64,000 nucleotides of DNA from Candidatus Nanopelagicales bacterium (GTDB lineage: Bacteria > Actinomycetota > Actinomycetes > S36-B12 > JAWKJK01). The notes beneath the pieces were generated by a model. That model had not been told where the DNA came from and did not search any database. It was given only the letters and a program-made list of their open reading frames with translations. Within the stretch, counting starts at the first letter, position 1. Every line of letters starts with the position of its first letter. Where the stretch lies: contig JAWKJK010000001.1 of NCBI GenBank assembly GCA_041393815.1, forward strand, positions 145,058 through 209,057. Reading direction: 5' to 3'. This document shows positions 30,231 through 39,515 of the stretch, piece by piece. Position numbers and translations under genes: made by a program.

Positions 30231-31352
30231 CCAGCCTGGGTAGCGCTCCCGCCAGCCGTCGTCCGGCTCCCACTCCCGCCCGGGGTCCGCGTCCGGGTCG
30301 AACTCGGCGGCCAGGTCGTCGGCCAGCGCCTCCAGCGTCTCCCGACCCTCCACGGCCGCCACCCAGTCCGCCGGCAGTCCGGCCTCGCCGTACGCGGTCC
30401 CCAGCAGCTGGCCGGCGATGCTGCCGGTGGAGTCGCTGTCGCCGGAGTGGTTCACCGCGGCGAGCAGCGCGGATCGGACCGGCGCCTCGGCCGCGGCGCA
30501 CGCCACCGCCATGGCGAGGGCCTCCTCCCCCACCCAGCCGCCGCCCAGCGCGTCGAGCTCCGCCGGCGACGCCAACCCGCGCCCCGCCAGGCCCAGTCCC
30601 GCGGACACCGCCGCCACCGTCGCGGCCGCCTCGGGCCGACGGGCCGCCGGCAGGTCCAGCGCCGCCCGCACCGCCTCGCCGACCGAGGCCGCGCCGTGGG
30701 CGAGCAGCCAGACCGCCGCGGCCAGGACGCCCGCCGGCTGCTGGCCGTCGGCATGCCCGTGGGTAAGCGCGGCCAGCTCGACGGCGGTGTCGTACGACTG
30801 CTCCGGACCGGCCATCGCCAGCCCCACCGGAGCGACCCGCATCACCCCGCCGCAGCCCTTGGAGTCGTTGTCCGCCCGGTACGGACCGGCCATCCGGACA
30901 CGGCGCAGCGCGGACAGGCAGGTGGTCCCCGGGGCCCGGCGGTGGTGCAGCCAGGACTCCCCGGACAGCCAGCCGTCGACGGCGGTGTCGTCCGGCGGGG
31001 TCTCGCCCTGGGTGCGCAGCCACCGCTGGTAGGCGTGCAGCACCACGCCGGGCACCGTGGTGATGCCGCGCGACCGGTAGCGCACGTGCGCCCGGATCAG
31101 GCCCTCCGCGGTGAACACCGTCATCTGGGTGTCGTCGGTGACCGCCCCGGCCCGGCCGTACGCGGGCACCAGGTCCGTCACCCCCAACGGACCGAGACGC
31201 GACACGATCTCGGCCCAGGACCAGAACTCCACCGCCGCGCCCAGCGCGTCCCCGACAGCGCCGCCGAGCAGCAGGCCTCGGGCCCGGGACCGACGGTCGG
31301 GAACGGCACCGCCCGAGCCGCCCGAGCCGCCCGCCGGCGAGCTCACGCTCAC
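30228..31352 (-). CDS. ADP-ribosylglycohydrolase family protein
   Basis: Trimmed to the GTG at 31352, which overlaps the upstream stop as GTGA. LLGGAVGDALGAAVEF, VTDDTQMT and the C-terminal metal-site NHSGDSDSTGSIAG. Confidence 0.85.
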   Translation of the reverse strand: MSVSSPAGGSGGSGGAVPDRRSRARGLLLGGAVGDALGAAVEFWSWAEIVSRLGPLGVTDLVPAYGRAGAVTDDTQMTVFTAEGLIRAHVRYRSRGITTVPGVVLHAYQRWLRTQGETPPDDTAVDGWLSGESWLHHRRAPGTTCLSALRRVRMAGPYRADNDSKGCGGVMRVAPVGLAMAGPEQSYDTAVELAALTHGHADGQQPAGVLAAAVWLLAHGAASVGEAVRAALDLPAARRPEAAATVAAVSAGLGLAGRGLASPAELDALGGGWVGEEALAMAVACAAAEAPVRSALLAAVNHSGDSDSTGSIAGQLLGTAYGEAGLPADWVAAVEGRETLEALADDLAAEFDPDADPGREWEPDDGWRERYPGW

Positions 31353-32230
31353 GCCGACCCCCCTCGCATCGGCACGGTCCCGCGCAGCCGGGCGGCGATC
31401 CGCGGGTCCGCCAGAGCCGTCGCCAGCGCCGACCACACGTCCGGGTTGGCCGGCATCCCCCCGTGCGTCCCGGCCACCTCGAGGGTGCGGGCCTGCGGGT
31501 CCAGGCAGGTCTGCCACTGCACGATGCCGTCGGTCCGGCTGTACAGCGACCAGAACGGCAGGTCCTCCGGCAGCCGGCCCACCACGTCGTCGTGGAACGC
31601 CCGGCAGCACTCCCCCGTGGCGCACTCGCGGACGTAGTCGCCGCGGCCGGTCCGGGTCAGGTACGACAGGTACAGCGTGAGCACCCGCACCACGACGTGG
31701 GTGCCGAACGGGTCGGTGAGCGGGCTGCCGTAGGCCACGACGCCCGCGACCAGGTGCGGGTGCCGGCGGGCCGCCGCCTTGGCCAGCTGGCCGCCGCGAC
31801 TGTGCCCGACCAGCGTGACCGGCAGCGCGTGCACGTCGGCCACCTCGAGCAGCAGCGCCTCGACCTCGTCGGCCTCCGCGGACCCGCAGCGACGGCGCCC
31901 CGGCAGTCGGGACTCCACCGGGGCCCAGCCGCCGAGCGCCAGCCAGCCGCGCAGGTCGGCGAACGCGTCGTCGGACGCCCCGAAGCCGGGCACGACCAGC
32001 ACCGGCGCGCCTGCGACGGGGGCCGCGGGCGGCGGTCCGGCCAGGTGCGGGCGACGCTCCGCCTCGGCCCGCCGCTCCCGCCACACCGGGGGGCGCAGGC
32101 TGTGGGGCAGCGACAGGTAGTCCGCCACGGACGTGAACGGCGTCCAGCGCGGCTCGCCGGCCGGGGCGGGACGGCCAACGACCGGGTCCGGCCCTCCCGG
32201 GTCCGGACCGTACGCGCCCGAGCCGCTCAT
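31349..32230 (-). CDS. Alpha/beta hydrolase
   Basis: PVLVVPGFGASD and nucleophile elbow GHSRGG. Translationally coupled to the ARH gene. Confidence 0.75.
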   Translation of the reverse strand: MSGSGAYGPDPGGPDPVVGRPAPAGEPRWTPFTSVADYLSLPHSLRPPVWRERRAEAERRPHLAGPPPAAPVAGAPVLVVPGFGASDDAFADLRGWLALGGWAPVESRLPGRRRCGSAEADEVEALLLEVADVHALPVTLVGHSRGGQLAKAAARRHPHLVAGVVAYGSPLTDPFGTHVVVRVLTLYLSYLTRTGRGDYVRECATGECCRAFHDDVVGRLPEDLPFWSLYSRTDGIVQWQTCLDPQARTLEVAGTHGGMPANPDVWSALATALADPRIAARLRGTVPMRGGSA

Positions 32231-32237
32231 GGCCGTC

Positions 32238-33209
32238 TCACCAGGCGTAGTCCTCCGGCGCGGTCCGATGCCCGGGGAAGATCTGGTCCAGCCGGGCCAC
32301 TGTCGCGTCGTCCAGTTCGACCTCCAGCGCCCGCAGCGTCTGGTCGAGCTGCTCGTCCGTGCGCGGCCCGATGATCGGCGCGGTCACGCCGGGGCGCTGC
32401 AGCAGCCAGGCCAGCGCCACGATCGCCGGCTCCTCGCCGAGCTCGGCGCACAGGTCCTCGTACTGCTCGATCCGGTCCCGGTGCGCCTCCAGTGCCTCCT
32501 GGGCGCGACCCTCCAGCCGCCGGCGACCCTCACGCTGCTTGCGCAGGACGCCGCCGAGCAGCCCGCCGTGCAGCGGGGACCACGGGATCACCCCGAGGCC
32601 GTACGCCTGGGCGGCGGGGATGACCTCCCGCTCGATGTCGCGGGTGAGCAGGTTGTAGATCGACTGCTCGCTCACCAGGCCGAGCAGGTGCCGGACCCGG
32701 GCCGCCTCCTGGCCCTGGGCGATGTGCCAGCCGGCGAAGTTCGAGGTGCCGACGTAGAGGATCTTCCCCTGCGCCCGCAGCACCTCCATGGCCGACCAGA
32801 TCTCGTCCCACGGCGTGGAGCGGTCCACGTGGTGCATCTGGTACAGGTCGATGTGGTCGGTCTGCAGCCGGCGCAGCGAGGCGTCGCACGCGCGGCGGAT
32901 GTTCAGCGCCGACAGGAACGTCTCGTTGGGCCAGTCACCCATCGAGCCGTACAGCTTGGTGGCCAGCACGGTGCGCTCGCGGCGACCGCCGCCCTGGGCG
33001 AACCAGCGGCCGATGATCTGCTCGGTGACGCCCTCGCCCTTGACCCAGCCGTAGACGTTGGCGGTGTCGAAGAAGTTGATCCCGACGTCGTGGGCGTGGT
33101 CCATGATCGCGAAGGCGTCCGCCTCCTCGGTCTGGGGCCCGAAGTTCATGGTGCCCAGGCACAGGCGGCTGACCGACAGGCCGGAGCGGCCGAGGTGGGT
33201 GTAGTCCAT
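32238..33209 (-). CDS. Aldo/keto reductase
   Basis: MDYTHLGRSGLSVSRLCLGTMNFG, FFDTANVYG and IDLYQMHHVD. Confidence 0.9.
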   Translation of the reverse strand: MDYTHLGRSGLSVSRLCLGTMNFGPQTEEADAFAIMDHAHDVGINFFDTANVYGWVKGEGVTEQIIGRWFAQGGGRRERTVLATKLYGSMGDWPNETFLSALNIRRACDASLRRLQTDHIDLYQMHHVDRSTPWDEIWSAMEVLRAQGKILYVGTSNFAGWHIAQGQEAARVRHLLGLVSEQSIYNLLTRDIEREVIPAAQAYGLGVIPWSPLHGGLLGGVLRKQREGRRRLEGRAQEALEAHRDRIEQYEDLCAELGEEPAIVALAWLLQRPGVTAPIIGPRTDEQLDQTLRALEVELDDATVARLDQIFPGHRTAPEDYAW

Positions 33210-33292
33210 GACCCCATCCTGCCGTCCCCGGCCGACACCGGGTCGCCCCCCGGGGTCAGGAGGGTCGCCCCGGAGTCAGGAGGCCGCACGGG

Positions 33293-34270
33293 TCAGGCGT
33301 ACGACGCCGCCAGCCGGGCGAAGCCCTCGTCGAGGGGGACGTGCGGCCGCCACCGCAGGGCGTGCCGGGTCTCGCGCTGGTCGAACCAGTGCGCGGTCGC
33401 GAGCTGCTCGGCCAGGAACGACGTCATCGGCGGGTCGTCCTCGCGACCGAGCGCGGCCCACGCCCGCTCCGCGGCCGCGCCGCCGAGCCAGGCGAGCCGG
33501 AACGGGACGCGCCGCGGCGTCGCCTCCACCCCTGCCGCCGCGCAGATCCGGGTGAACATCTCCCAGACCGTGCGCGGCTCGCCGTTCGACACCACGAACG
33601 CCCGCCCCCGTACGTCGGGCTCCTCGGCGCGGTCGAGTGCCGCGAGCATCGCGGTGACGGCGTTGTCCAGGTACGTCGTGTCCACCAGCGGCGCGCCGGA
33701 GCCGACGACGGCCAGCCGGCCCGCCCGCCCGCGCTCCACGATCCGGCCGACCAGCTGGGTGTCGCCGGGCCCCCACACCAGGTGCGGGCGCACCGCGACC
33801 ACCGCCGGGCCCCGCCCGTCCGGGGCCAGCGCGACCAGCTCGGCCATCGCCTTGCTGCGCGCGTAGTGCCCCCGCGCGCGGTCGGGGTCGGCGGGTCCCG
33901 CGGGAGCGCCGACCAGGGAAGTCCCGGCGTGCGCGACCGACGGGGAGGACACGTGCACGAACCGGCCGACCCCGGCACCGCGCGCGGCGCCCAGCAGGAC
34001 CCGCGTGCCCTCGACGTTCGTGCGGACGAAGTCGGCCCAGTCGCCCACGACCGAGACCTTCGCGGCCAGGTGGACGACCGCATCGGCCCCGTCGACCGCG
34101 GCGGCGGCCGCGGCCGGGTCGGCGACGTCACCCCGCACCTCGTCGTACGGGAGACCGCTGGCCCGTCGCTGCAGCACGACCACGTCGTCCCCGCGGTCGG
34201 CCAGCGCGGACGCGACCGCTCCCCCGAGCAGGCCGCTGGCCCCGGTCACCAGGACCCGCACGGCCGGCAC
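33293..34270 (-). CDS. oleD: NAD(P)-dependent 3-beta-HSD/epimerase family reductase, OleD-type
   Basis: Rossmann motif VLVTGASGLLGG and YARSK. Lies 10 nt downstream of oleBC. Confidence 0.75.
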   Translation of the reverse strand: MPAVRVLVTGASGLLGGAVASALADRGDDVVVLQRRASGLPYDEVRGDVADPAAAAAAVDGADAVVHLAAKVSVVGDWADFVRTNVEGTRVLLGAARGAGVGRFVHVSSPSVAHAGTSLVGAPAGPADPDRARGHYARSKAMAELVALAPDGRGPAVVAVRPHLVWGPGDTQLVGRIVERGRAGRLAVVGSGAPLVDTTYLDNAVTAMLAALDRAEEPDVRGRAFVVSNGEPRTVWEMFTRICAAAGVEATPRRVPFRLAWLGGAAAERAWAALGREDDPPMTSFLAEQLATAHWFDQRETRHALRWRPHVPLDEGFARLAASYA

Positions 34271-34280
34271 CTCCCCCGCG

Positions 34281-36911
34281 TCACGGCGTCCGGGCCCGCT
34301 CGCCGGACAGGTAGCGGGCGGCCCAGTCGGCCAGCCGCCCCCGGTCGATCTTGGAGTTGTGCCGGCGGTCCACCGGCATCCGCGGCAGCACGACGACGGC
34401 GGACACCGGCACGCCCGCGGCCGCCCGCACCCGGTCGGCCAGATTCGCGTCGGCGGGCGCGGGCCGCCGCACCGGCGGTGCCCCGGCGCGCGTCACGAGG
34501 ACGACGACCTGCTGGGTCCCCGGGGGGCCGACACCGACCGCGGCCGCCAGCGCCACGTCGGGGAGGCCCTCGACGCGGTGCTCCACCCCGACCGGGGTGA
34601 GCACGCCGTCCGGGGTACGGAGCACGTGGGCCAGGCGGCCCTCGACCCACAGCCGGCCCTGGTCGTCGACGCGACCGACGTCACCGGTCCGGTGCCAGCC
34701 GGGGTCGCGCCCGGACCGCCGCTCGGTCGCCCACAGCCGGTCGTAGCGGTCCTTGACGTGGGGGGACCGCACGCAGATCTCGCCGGTGACACCGATCGCG
34801 CGCTGCGGCGGGCCGTCCGGCCACCCGTGCTCGTCGAACGGCGCGACCGCGACCTCGACCCCGGGAACCGGGTGCCCCACGCACACCCCTCCACGTGGGT
34901 CACGACCCTCGGGATCCGTTGCGGCGCGGTCGATCTCGTCCAGGGTCACGTCGGAGACGGGCAGCGCCTCGGTCATGCCGTACGGGGTGTGTGCCGAGGC
35001 GTTGGGCACCAGGGCCGCGGCGTCGCGCAGCAGGTCCGGCCGCACCGGGGCACCCGCGGACATCAGCAGCCGGACCGTGCCCAGCGCATCCCGGTCCTCA
35101 TCAGTGAGGTCGCCGGCAGTGGCGACCAGGTTGACGAGCGCTGCCGGGGAAGCCCAGACCAGCGTGCCGCCCACGGCCCGCACCGCGTCCGCCAGCGAAC
35201 ACGCGGTGAGCGTGGACGGGGCGGTGATGTCCATGTCGGGGACGACGGAGGAGATCCCGAGCGAGGGCCCGAGCACCGCCCACGGCGCGAACGCCGCCAC
35301 CAGCGCGTCGTCCGCCGTGATCCGGTACGCGCCCCGCAGCGCGTCGCGCTGCGCCTCCAGCTGGCCGTGCCGGTAGACCACGCCCTTGGACGGCCCGGTC
35401 GCACCGGAGGTGAACACGACCAGGGCGTCGTCACCGGGCCGCGGCGCGGCGGGCTCGGGTCGGTCGGCTCCCAGTGCCGCGAGCTCGGGCAGCGTCGTGT
35501 CGACCCGCAGCGCCCGGCGCGCGGCCGGGGACGCGCCGCCGACGAGCACGGTGAGCCCGCGCACCCCCACGGACCGGGCCAGGGCCAGCCCGGGCGCGAT
35601 GCCGATCGCGTGCCGGGGGCCGGCGCCCCGCAGCGCCCGGCGCATCCCGACCGGACCGAGTCCGCGGTCCACGACCACCGGGACGGCACCGGCCCGCCAG
35701 CAGGCGTAGACGACCGCGGTGAGGTCCGCGCCGGGGGGCACCAGCACGGCGACCCGGTCGCCGGCCTCGACCCCCTCCGCGCGCAGCCCGGCCGCCAGGT
35801 CGCGCACCACCGAGCCCAGCAGGCGCCACGGGACCCGGCGGGCCACTGCTCCGGCGCCGCCCATCTCCACCACCGCGGTGGCCTCGTCCCCAGCCCTACG
35901 GTCGAGCGCGTCCCACAGCGGTCGCCGGCCGGGGTCCGCGGGGACGTCGGCAGCACCACCCGCCGCGACACCCGCACGACGGTCCAGCAGGTCGGTGACC
36001 CAGGTCACGATGTCGGTCACCGCGAGCGGCGCGTCCTCGGTCACCAGGTGGCTGGCGCCCTCGTAGCGGTGCACGTCGGCGTGCGGCAGCCGCACCACCA
36101 GGTCGCGCAGGTAGCGGTCGGAGAAGACCGGGTCCTCCGGCCCCCAGAGCAGCAGCGCGGGCAGGTCGCGCAGGTCCGCCAGCCCGGCCGCGACCTGCTG
36201 CAGCGCAGGCATGGACGGGTGGTCGGGCTCCAGCGGGATGTCGGCCACGAAGGCCTGCACCGCCCGGCGCCGCTCGGGGGCGTCGTACGGCGCGGCGAAC
36301 GCGTCGCGGACCTCGCGGGGAGGTCGCGGGCGGGAGAGCGCGGTGGTGCCGCGGACGAATGTCGGGGTCCGGCAGGTGACCGCGGGCAGCAGGGCGGAGG
36401 CGCGCGCGGCCCGGATCAGGGTCGGTGCCGGCGCGCCCGCGGGCTGGTGCACCGCGGTGTTGGCCAGGACGACCCCGAGCAGCTGGTCGCGGTGCCGCTC
36501 GGCCCACCCCAGCGAGATGGGACCGCCCCAGTCGTGGGCGACGGTCACGACGGGGCCGGACAGGCCCAGGGCGTCCGTGAGGCCGCCGAGGTCGGCGATC
36601 CGGTCGGCCAGCCGCCGGGTGGTGCCGGTCCGCTCGGACCAGCCCATCTCGAGCTGGTCGACGGCGACCACCCGCCAGTCCGGGGGTGCCTCGGCCAGCA
36701 GCCGGCGCCACAGGTACGACCAGGTCGGGTTGCCGTGCACGCACAGCAGGGTCACCCGGGGCGGGGCCCCGTCGGCGGGTGCGCCGGTGTCGAGCAGGTG
36801 CCAGGTACGGACGACGCCGTGCGCGTCGGGGGCCTGGACCAGGCGCGACCAGCGCGGGTCCAGTCCGGGCAGGCCCGGCGGCGGCAGGGTGGCCGGCGCG
36901 GGCGCCGTCAC
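34281..36911 (-). CDS. oleBC: Fused OleB (alpha/beta hydrolase) - OleC (AMP-dependent synthetase / beta-lactone synthetase)
   Basis: Start set at the GTG at 36911, which overlaps the oleA stop as GTGA. The N-terminus has CVHGNPTWSYLWRRL (haloalkane-dehalogenase-like). The C-terminal half has adenylation motifs VVFTSGATGPSKGV, TPYGMTE and WHRTGDVG. Confidence 0.8.
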   Translation of the reverse strand: MTAPAPATLPPPGLPGLDPRWSRLVQAPDAHGVVRTWHLLDTGAPADGAPPRVTLLCVHGNPTWSYLWRRLLAEAPPDWRVVAVDQLEMGWSERTGTTRRLADRIADLGGLTDALGLSGPVVTVAHDWGGPISLGWAERHRDQLLGVVLANTAVHQPAGAPAPTLIRAARASALLPAVTCRTPTFVRGTTALSRPRPPREVRDAFAAPYDAPERRRAVQAFVADIPLEPDHPSMPALQQVAAGLADLRDLPALLLWGPEDPVFSDRYLRDLVVRLPHADVHRYEGASHLVTEDAPLAVTDIVTWVTDLLDRRAGVAAGGAADVPADPGRRPLWDALDRRAGDEATAVVEMGGAGAVARRVPWRLLGSVVRDLAAGLRAEGVEAGDRVAVLVPPGADLTAVVYACWRAGAVPVVVDRGLGPVGMRRALRGAGPRHAIGIAPGLALARSVGVRGLTVLVGGASPAARRALRVDTTLPELAALGADRPEPAAPRPGDDALVVFTSGATGPSKGVVYRHGQLEAQRDALRGAYRITADDALVAAFAPWAVLGPSLGISSVVPDMDITAPSTLTACSLADAVRAVGGTLVWASPAALVNLVATAGDLTDEDRDALGTVRLLMSAGAPVRPDLLRDAAALVPNASAHTPYGMTEALPVSDVTLDEIDRAATDPEGRDPRGGVCVGHPVPGVEVAVAPFDEHGWPDGPPQRAIGVTGEICVRSPHVKDRYDRLWATERRSGRDPGWHRTGDVGRVDDQGRLWVEGRLAHVLRTPDGVLTPVGVEHRVEGLPDVALAAAVGVGPPGTQQVVVLVTRAGAPPVRRPAPADANLADRVRAAAGVPVSAVVVLPRMPVDRRHNSKIDRGRLADWAARYLSGERARTP

Positions 36912-37945
36912 CAGGCGATCTCGATGACCGCGGCGTTGAGGCCGGAGCCGATGCCGAGGCAGCCGACGCGCTGGCCCTGCACCAGCTCGGGGGCCTGCAG
37001 CGCCAGCGTGAACGGCACCGAGGCCGGGCCGATGTTGCCGTAGCGGGGGAAGGTCAGCGGGGCGCGCGAGGGCTCGATCCCGAGGGTCGCGGTGATCGCC
37101 GCGGTGTGCACGTTGGAGATCTGGTGGATGACGTAGCAGTCGAGGTCCTGCCAGTCGAAGTGCTCGGCCGCGGCATCCCAGGTCACCTTGGACAGCTCCA
37201 GGCCGGCCTCGAGCAGGCCCTTGGTGTCGGTGCGCATGCCGTTGATGTCGCCCACGCACAGGTTGTTGTGCTGGGTCGCCGAGCGCGCCGTGCCGCCGAC
37301 GAACCGGTGACCGTCGGTGTGCTCGTCCGCCCGGCCGAGCACCATGGCGGCCCCTCCTGACCCGAGAGTCAGGGTGGCGAAGTTGTCGTAGACGTCCTGG
37401 GCGGTGGCGTCGTCGCGCTGCAGCCGCTCGATCGTCGTCTCCTGCGTGCGCCGGCTGCCCTCGCCGTCGACGACGAGCGCGTAGTCGATCTGGCCGGCGT
37501 CGATCATCATGCCGGCCAGCTGCATGCCGTTGACAAAGCCCAGGCAGGCGTTGGACAGGTCGAAGTTGAAGGCGTGCGACCCCAGGCCCAGCTGCTGGTG
37601 CACGTCGACGGCCGCCGACGGCTCGAGGTGGTCGCGGCAGACAGAGGTGTCGATGAGCAGCCCGACGGCCTCGGGGTCGACCCCGGCCTCGGCCAGCGCC
37701 TTCGCCCCCGCCATCGCGGCGGCGTCGGCGAAGGTCACGTCCTCGGGCCACCAGCGCCGCTCGACGATCCCGGCGACGTTCTCCAGCATCCCGGGCCGCA
37801 GGCCCAGCCGGTCGTACGTCGGGGCGAGCCACTCGTCGATCTGGGCGGAGGTCACGACCACCGGGGCGTCGACGGCGGCGACGGACAGCACCGCGGTGTT
37901 GGCGAACCGGTAGTGGGCGTTGCCGGACCTGGCGTTGCCGGACAT
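36908..37945 (-). CDS. oleA: OleA, FabH-like thiolase for head-to-head fatty-acyl condensation
   Basis: YRFANTAVLSV..., LAPTYDRLGLRPGMLENVAGIVERRWW, SVCRDHLEPSAA, DLSNACLGFVNGM and IDYALVVDGE closely resemble characterised OleA sequences as I recall them. Confidence 0.85.
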   Translation of the reverse strand: MSGNARSGNAHYRFANTAVLSVAAVDAPVVVTSAQIDEWLAPTYDRLGLRPGMLENVAGIVERRWWPEDVTFADAAAMAGAKALAEAGVDPEAVGLLIDTSVCRDHLEPSAAVDVHQQLGLGSHAFNFDLSNACLGFVNGMQLAGMMIDAGQIDYALVVDGEGSRRTQETTIERLQRDDATAQDVYDNFATLTLGSGGAAMVLGRADEHTDGHRFVGGTARSATQHNNLCVGDINGMRTDTKGLLEAGLELSKVTWDAAAEHFDWQDLDCYVIHQISNVHTAAITATLGIEPSRAPLTFPRYGNIGPASVPFTLALQAPELVQGQRVGCLGIGSGLNAAVIEIAW

Positions 37946-38043
37946 GACTTCCTCTCCCCGGGTTGCCAGCCTGCACCCGGGCGGACGGGGGGCGGTCCAG
38001 TGTCACACGTCGGTCGCCCGCGGCGCGCACCGGCGACCGGGGG

Positions 38044-38072
38044 TTGACGGGATTGGCTAATGATATTAGCTT
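38044..38072 (+). promoter_or_regulatory. Putative promoter (-35 TTGACG, 17 nt, -10 TAGCTT) overlapping a perfect palindrome GCTAAT-GAT-ATTAGC; candidate TetR operator
   Basis: AT-rich island in GC-rich DNA. The palindrome is at 38056-38070. The ATG at 38080 is 7-8 nt after the -10, which suggests a leaderless mRNA. Confidence 0.5.
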
Positions 38073-38079
38073 TGGGGCT

Positions 38080-38907
38080 ATGACGACGACCTACACCGCA
38101 CCGACCCGCTTCCTGGCCCGCCCCGAGGGCCGCATCGGCTACGACGTCCGCGGCACCGGGCCGCTCGTGGTCTGCCTGCCCGGGATGGGCGACCTGCGCG
38201 CCACGTACCGCCTGCTGGCGCCCGCCCTGGCCGACGCCGGCTACCGGGTGGCGACGCTGGACCTGCGCGGCCACGGCGACAGCGACGCCACGTTCACCGC
38301 GTACGACGACGAGGCCGCGGGCAGCGACGCGTTGGCGCTGGTCGAGGAGCTCGGCGGCGGCCCGGCCGTCCTGGTCGGCTCCTCGATGGGCGCCGGTGCC
38401 GCGGTCTGGGCGGCTGCGGAGCGGCCCGACCTGGTGGCCGGGCTGGTCCTGTCCGGCCCGTTCGTGCGCGAGGTCCCGATCTCCGCCGTCCAGCGGGTCG
38501 CGCTCGCGCTGGCGCTGCGCCGGCCCTGGGGCCCCGCGGCGTGGGCGGCCTACTGGGGCCGGCTGTTCCCGGGCCGCCCGCCGGTGGACCTGGCCGAACG
38601 CCGCCGCGAGGTGCGCGCGTCGGTCGGACGGCACTGGCAGGCGTTCCGGGCCACCACGCGCACGTCGCACGCGGCAGCCGAGGCGCGGCTGGGTGACCTG
38701 CGGATGCCCGTCCTGGTGGTCATGGGCGACCGCGACCCCGACTTCCCCGACCCCCGGGCCGAGGCGGAGACCGTGGCCACGCTGACGGGTGGGCGGCTGC
38801 TCGTGGTGCCCAACGCCGGGCACTACCCGCACGTGGAGTACCCCGAGACCGTCACGCCCGAGGTCCTGGCCCTGCTGAAGGCCGCGTTCGACGGGGACGG
38901 CCGGTGA
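38080..38907 (+). CDS. Alpha/beta hydrolase
   Basis: Trimmed to the ATG at 38080 (MTTTYTAPTRF...). LDLRGHGDSD and nucleophile elbow GSSMGAG. Confidence 0.8.
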   Translation: MTTTYTAPTRFLARPEGRIGYDVRGTGPLVVCLPGMGDLRATYRLLAPALADAGYRVATLDLRGHGDSDATFTAYDDEAAGSDALALVEELGGGPAVLVGSSMGAGAAVWAAAERPDLVAGLVLSGPFVREVPISAVQRVALALALRRPWGPAAWAAYWGRLFPGRPPVDLAERRREVRASVGRHWQAFRATTRTSHAAAEARLGDLRMPVLVVMGDRDPDFPDPRAEAETVATLTGGRLLVVPNAGHYPHVEYPETVTPEVLALLKAAFDGDGR

Positions 38908-39515
38908 GCGCGCCGCCGCGTACCCCCGTGCGCAAGGGCATCACCCCGGACCGCGTGGTCGCTGAGGCCGCGGCGGTGGCCGACGAGAGCGGCTGGGACC
39001 GGCTCACCCTCGCCGCGGTCGCCGAGCGCCTCGGGGTCGCGCTGCCCAGCCTCTACAAGCACGTCGGCGGACTGGACGACCTGCGCTCGCGGGTGTCCGT
39101 GCTCGCGCTGGATCAGCTGGCCGACGCACTGGCCGCCGCCGCCGTCGGCCGGTCCGGGCTGGACGCGCTGCGGGCCACGGCGACGGCGTACCGCGACTTC
39201 GCGCGCACCCACCCGGGCACGTACCCCGCGACGCTGCGCGCGCCCGAACCCGGCGACGCCTCGCACGAGGCCGCCGGCGCCCGGGTCCTCGAGGTCGTGT
39301 CCGGGGTGCTGCGCGAGTACGACCTGCAGGGCGACGACCTCGTCGACGCCATCCGCGCGTTGCGCAGCACGCTGCACGGCCTGGTGTCGCTGGAGCTGGC
39401 CGGCGGCTTCGGCCTCCCGCGGGACGTTGCCCGCAGCCTGGACCGCCTGGTGGCCGCGCTGGACCTGGCCTTCCGGGGCAGCACCTACCACGACGATGCG
39501 GGTGACCCCCGGTGA
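38904..39515 (+). CDS. TetR/AcrR family transcriptional regulator (WHG-type C-terminal domain)
   Basis: HTH LTLAAVAERLGVALPSLYKHV, with the C-terminal LRSTLHGLVSLELAGGFG. 4-nt overlap with the upstream hydrolase gene. Confidence 0.85.
   Translation: MSAPPRTPVRKGITPDRVVAEAAAVADESGWDRLTLAAVAERLGVALPSLYKHVGGLDDLRSRVSVLALDQLADALAAAAVGRSGLDALRATATAYRDFARTHPGTYPATLRAPEPGDASHEAAGARVLEVVSGVLREYDLQGDDLVDAIRALRSTLHGLVSLELAGGFGLPRDVARSLDRLVAALDLAFRGSTYHDDAGDPR

Noticed and set aside
34281-38030. 1249-aa track ORF suggesting one giant OleABC-like protein
   Set aside because: The first about 370 residues are an out-of-frame, Arg/Gly/Pro-rich reading across the genuine oleA ORF (36908..37945). The real start is the GTG at 36911, which overlaps the oleA stop.
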